The notes beneath the pieces were generated by a model that was not told the DNA's origin, searched no databases, and was given only the letters and a program-made list of their open reading frames with translations. Position numbers and translations under genes: made by a program. A DNA stretch of 64,000 nucleotides from an uncultured Gemmatimonadaceae bacterium (GTDB lineage: Bacteria > Gemmatimonadota > Gemmatimonadetes > Gemmatimonadales > Gemmatimonadaceae): contig CAWFQK010000002.1 of assembly GCA_963817955.1 (NCBI GenBank), positions 800,001 to 864,000 on the forward strand, given 5' to 3'. This document shows positions 63,026 through 64,000 of this stretch, piece after piece; positions within the stretch are counted from its first letter, which is position 1; each line of letters begins with the position of its first letter.

Positions 63026-64000
63026 GTGAAGCGTGTCGGGTTCCGCGGCCGCCTATTCCTCATTCTGCTGGCTTTCGCCCTCGTTCCGGCGATCCTGATT
63101 TCCGTGGCGTGGACCGCCGCGGGCACGTACGTGTTGCCGCTCGCCAGCGCCACTGCGGCCTGGGACAGCGTTGCGGCCACTGGTGAGCGGGCAATCACGG
63201 CCATGCGCAGCGCGTCGACGACCGTCGCGCAACAGCACGCCATCGACCTCCATGAGGTAACCTTGCGTCAAAGCGTGGTGTACTCGAGGCGCGCTGCATT
63301 CGTCTTCGCCCAACTGGCGCGAAGGCTCGCGTTCTCCACGCTCATCGTGGTGCTCCTGCTCGGCGTAATCGCATCACGGGTGGCTGGACATCTGAGCCGC
63401 AATCTCAGCCGACCCTTGCAGGAGCTGGTGGGTTGGACGGAACGCATCGGACGGGGGGAGCCGTTGCCGGATACGCCCCCTCGGCGCGGCGCGCCGGAGT
63501 TCGAGGTCCTGCGCCGGCGCATGCGCGCCATGGCACGTGAGCTCGAGCTCGGACGCGCTCGGGCGGTCGAGGCCGAACGGTCCGCCACATTGCGCGAAAG
63601 CGCACGGCAAGTAGCGCATGAGTTGAAGAATCCGCTCACGCCCATCCGGTTCGCGGTCGATCGCCTGCGCCGCGAAGCGTCGCCGGAGCTCGCCGAGACC
63701 GTGGAAGTGTTGGCCATCGAGTCGCAGCGGCTGGAGGCCATGGCGCGGAGCTTTGCGCAATTCGGGCGTCTGCCCGAAGGTCCAGCGGCGGACGTCGACG
63801 TGGGTGAACTGGCGCGCTACACGGCGCGCGCGACGATCCCGCCAGAGGTCGATGTCACCGTGGACGTTGCCGACGATGTTCCGATGATTCACGGCCACCA
63901 CGATGCGCTGGCGCGTGCGCTGTCGAACGTGATGCTCAACGCAGTGGACGCGTGCAAGGCGTCGCCCGGGCGAAAGGTTGGCGTGCGCGTGCGGCGCGTG
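63026..64000 (+). CDS. Membrane HAMP histidine kinase (NtrY-like), 3'-truncated by the window edge
   Basis: Manually translated from GTG after RBS GGAG: two TM helices, LSRPLQEL HAMP, ARQVAHELKNPLTPI, NVMLNAVDA. Confidence 0.9.
   Translation, partial: MKRVGFRGRLFLILLAFALVPAILISVAWTAAGTYVLPLASATAAWDSVAATGERAITAMRSASTTVAQQHAIDLHEVTLRQSVVYSRRAAFVFAQLARRLAFSTLIVVLLLGVIASRVAGHLSRNLSRPLQELVGWTERIGRGEPLPDTPPRRGAPEFEVLRRRMRAMARELELGRARAVEAERSATLRESARQVAHELKNPLTPIRFAVDRLRREASPELAETVEVLAIESQRLEAMARSFAQFGRLPEGPAADVDVGELARYTARATIPPEVDVTVDVADDVPMIHGHHDALARALSNVMLNAVDACKASPGRKVGVRVRRV

Overview
GC-rich bacterial chromosomal window. The SusC/SusD-like pair, stand-alone TonB-plug proteins, Gly-rich secreted peptidases and split atp operon suggest Gemmatimonadota, but this is an inference. 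Content is mostly housekeeping: ricT/yaaT-metG, a TPM-NTase-LemA operon, dsbA-like-waaA, EAL and HD-GYP phosphodiesterases, a SusC/SusD-like uptake operon, F1-only atpAGDC, a four-helix-bundle gene, mlaF-NUDIX-AraC, a sigma70 factor, six tRNAs, rho-ruvX-mltG, 23S-5S rRNA without 16S, an rlmI-like gene, mutM, a CDF transporter, a Tat-tagged TldD/PmbA pair, tdh-kbl, mpg, an NYN RNase and two histidine kinases. No transposase, integrase or CRISPR array was found. The main unexplained signal is non-coding and consists of interlocking palindromic repeat elements. (A) Four dispersed 375-520 bp elements have long terminal inverted repeats, whose two arms carry the same copy-specific mutations, around a shared ~150 bp core. 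(B) A 1.5 kb island is bounded by two inverted ~295 bp self-palindromic units. (C) Dispersed GACACGG heptamer palindromes. Also notable are a stand-alone 23S-5S unit with its own promoter, boxA and processing stem, and a candidate sigma54/IHF-driven small transcript with a 51-aa ORF that converges on a 40-aa histone-like gene.
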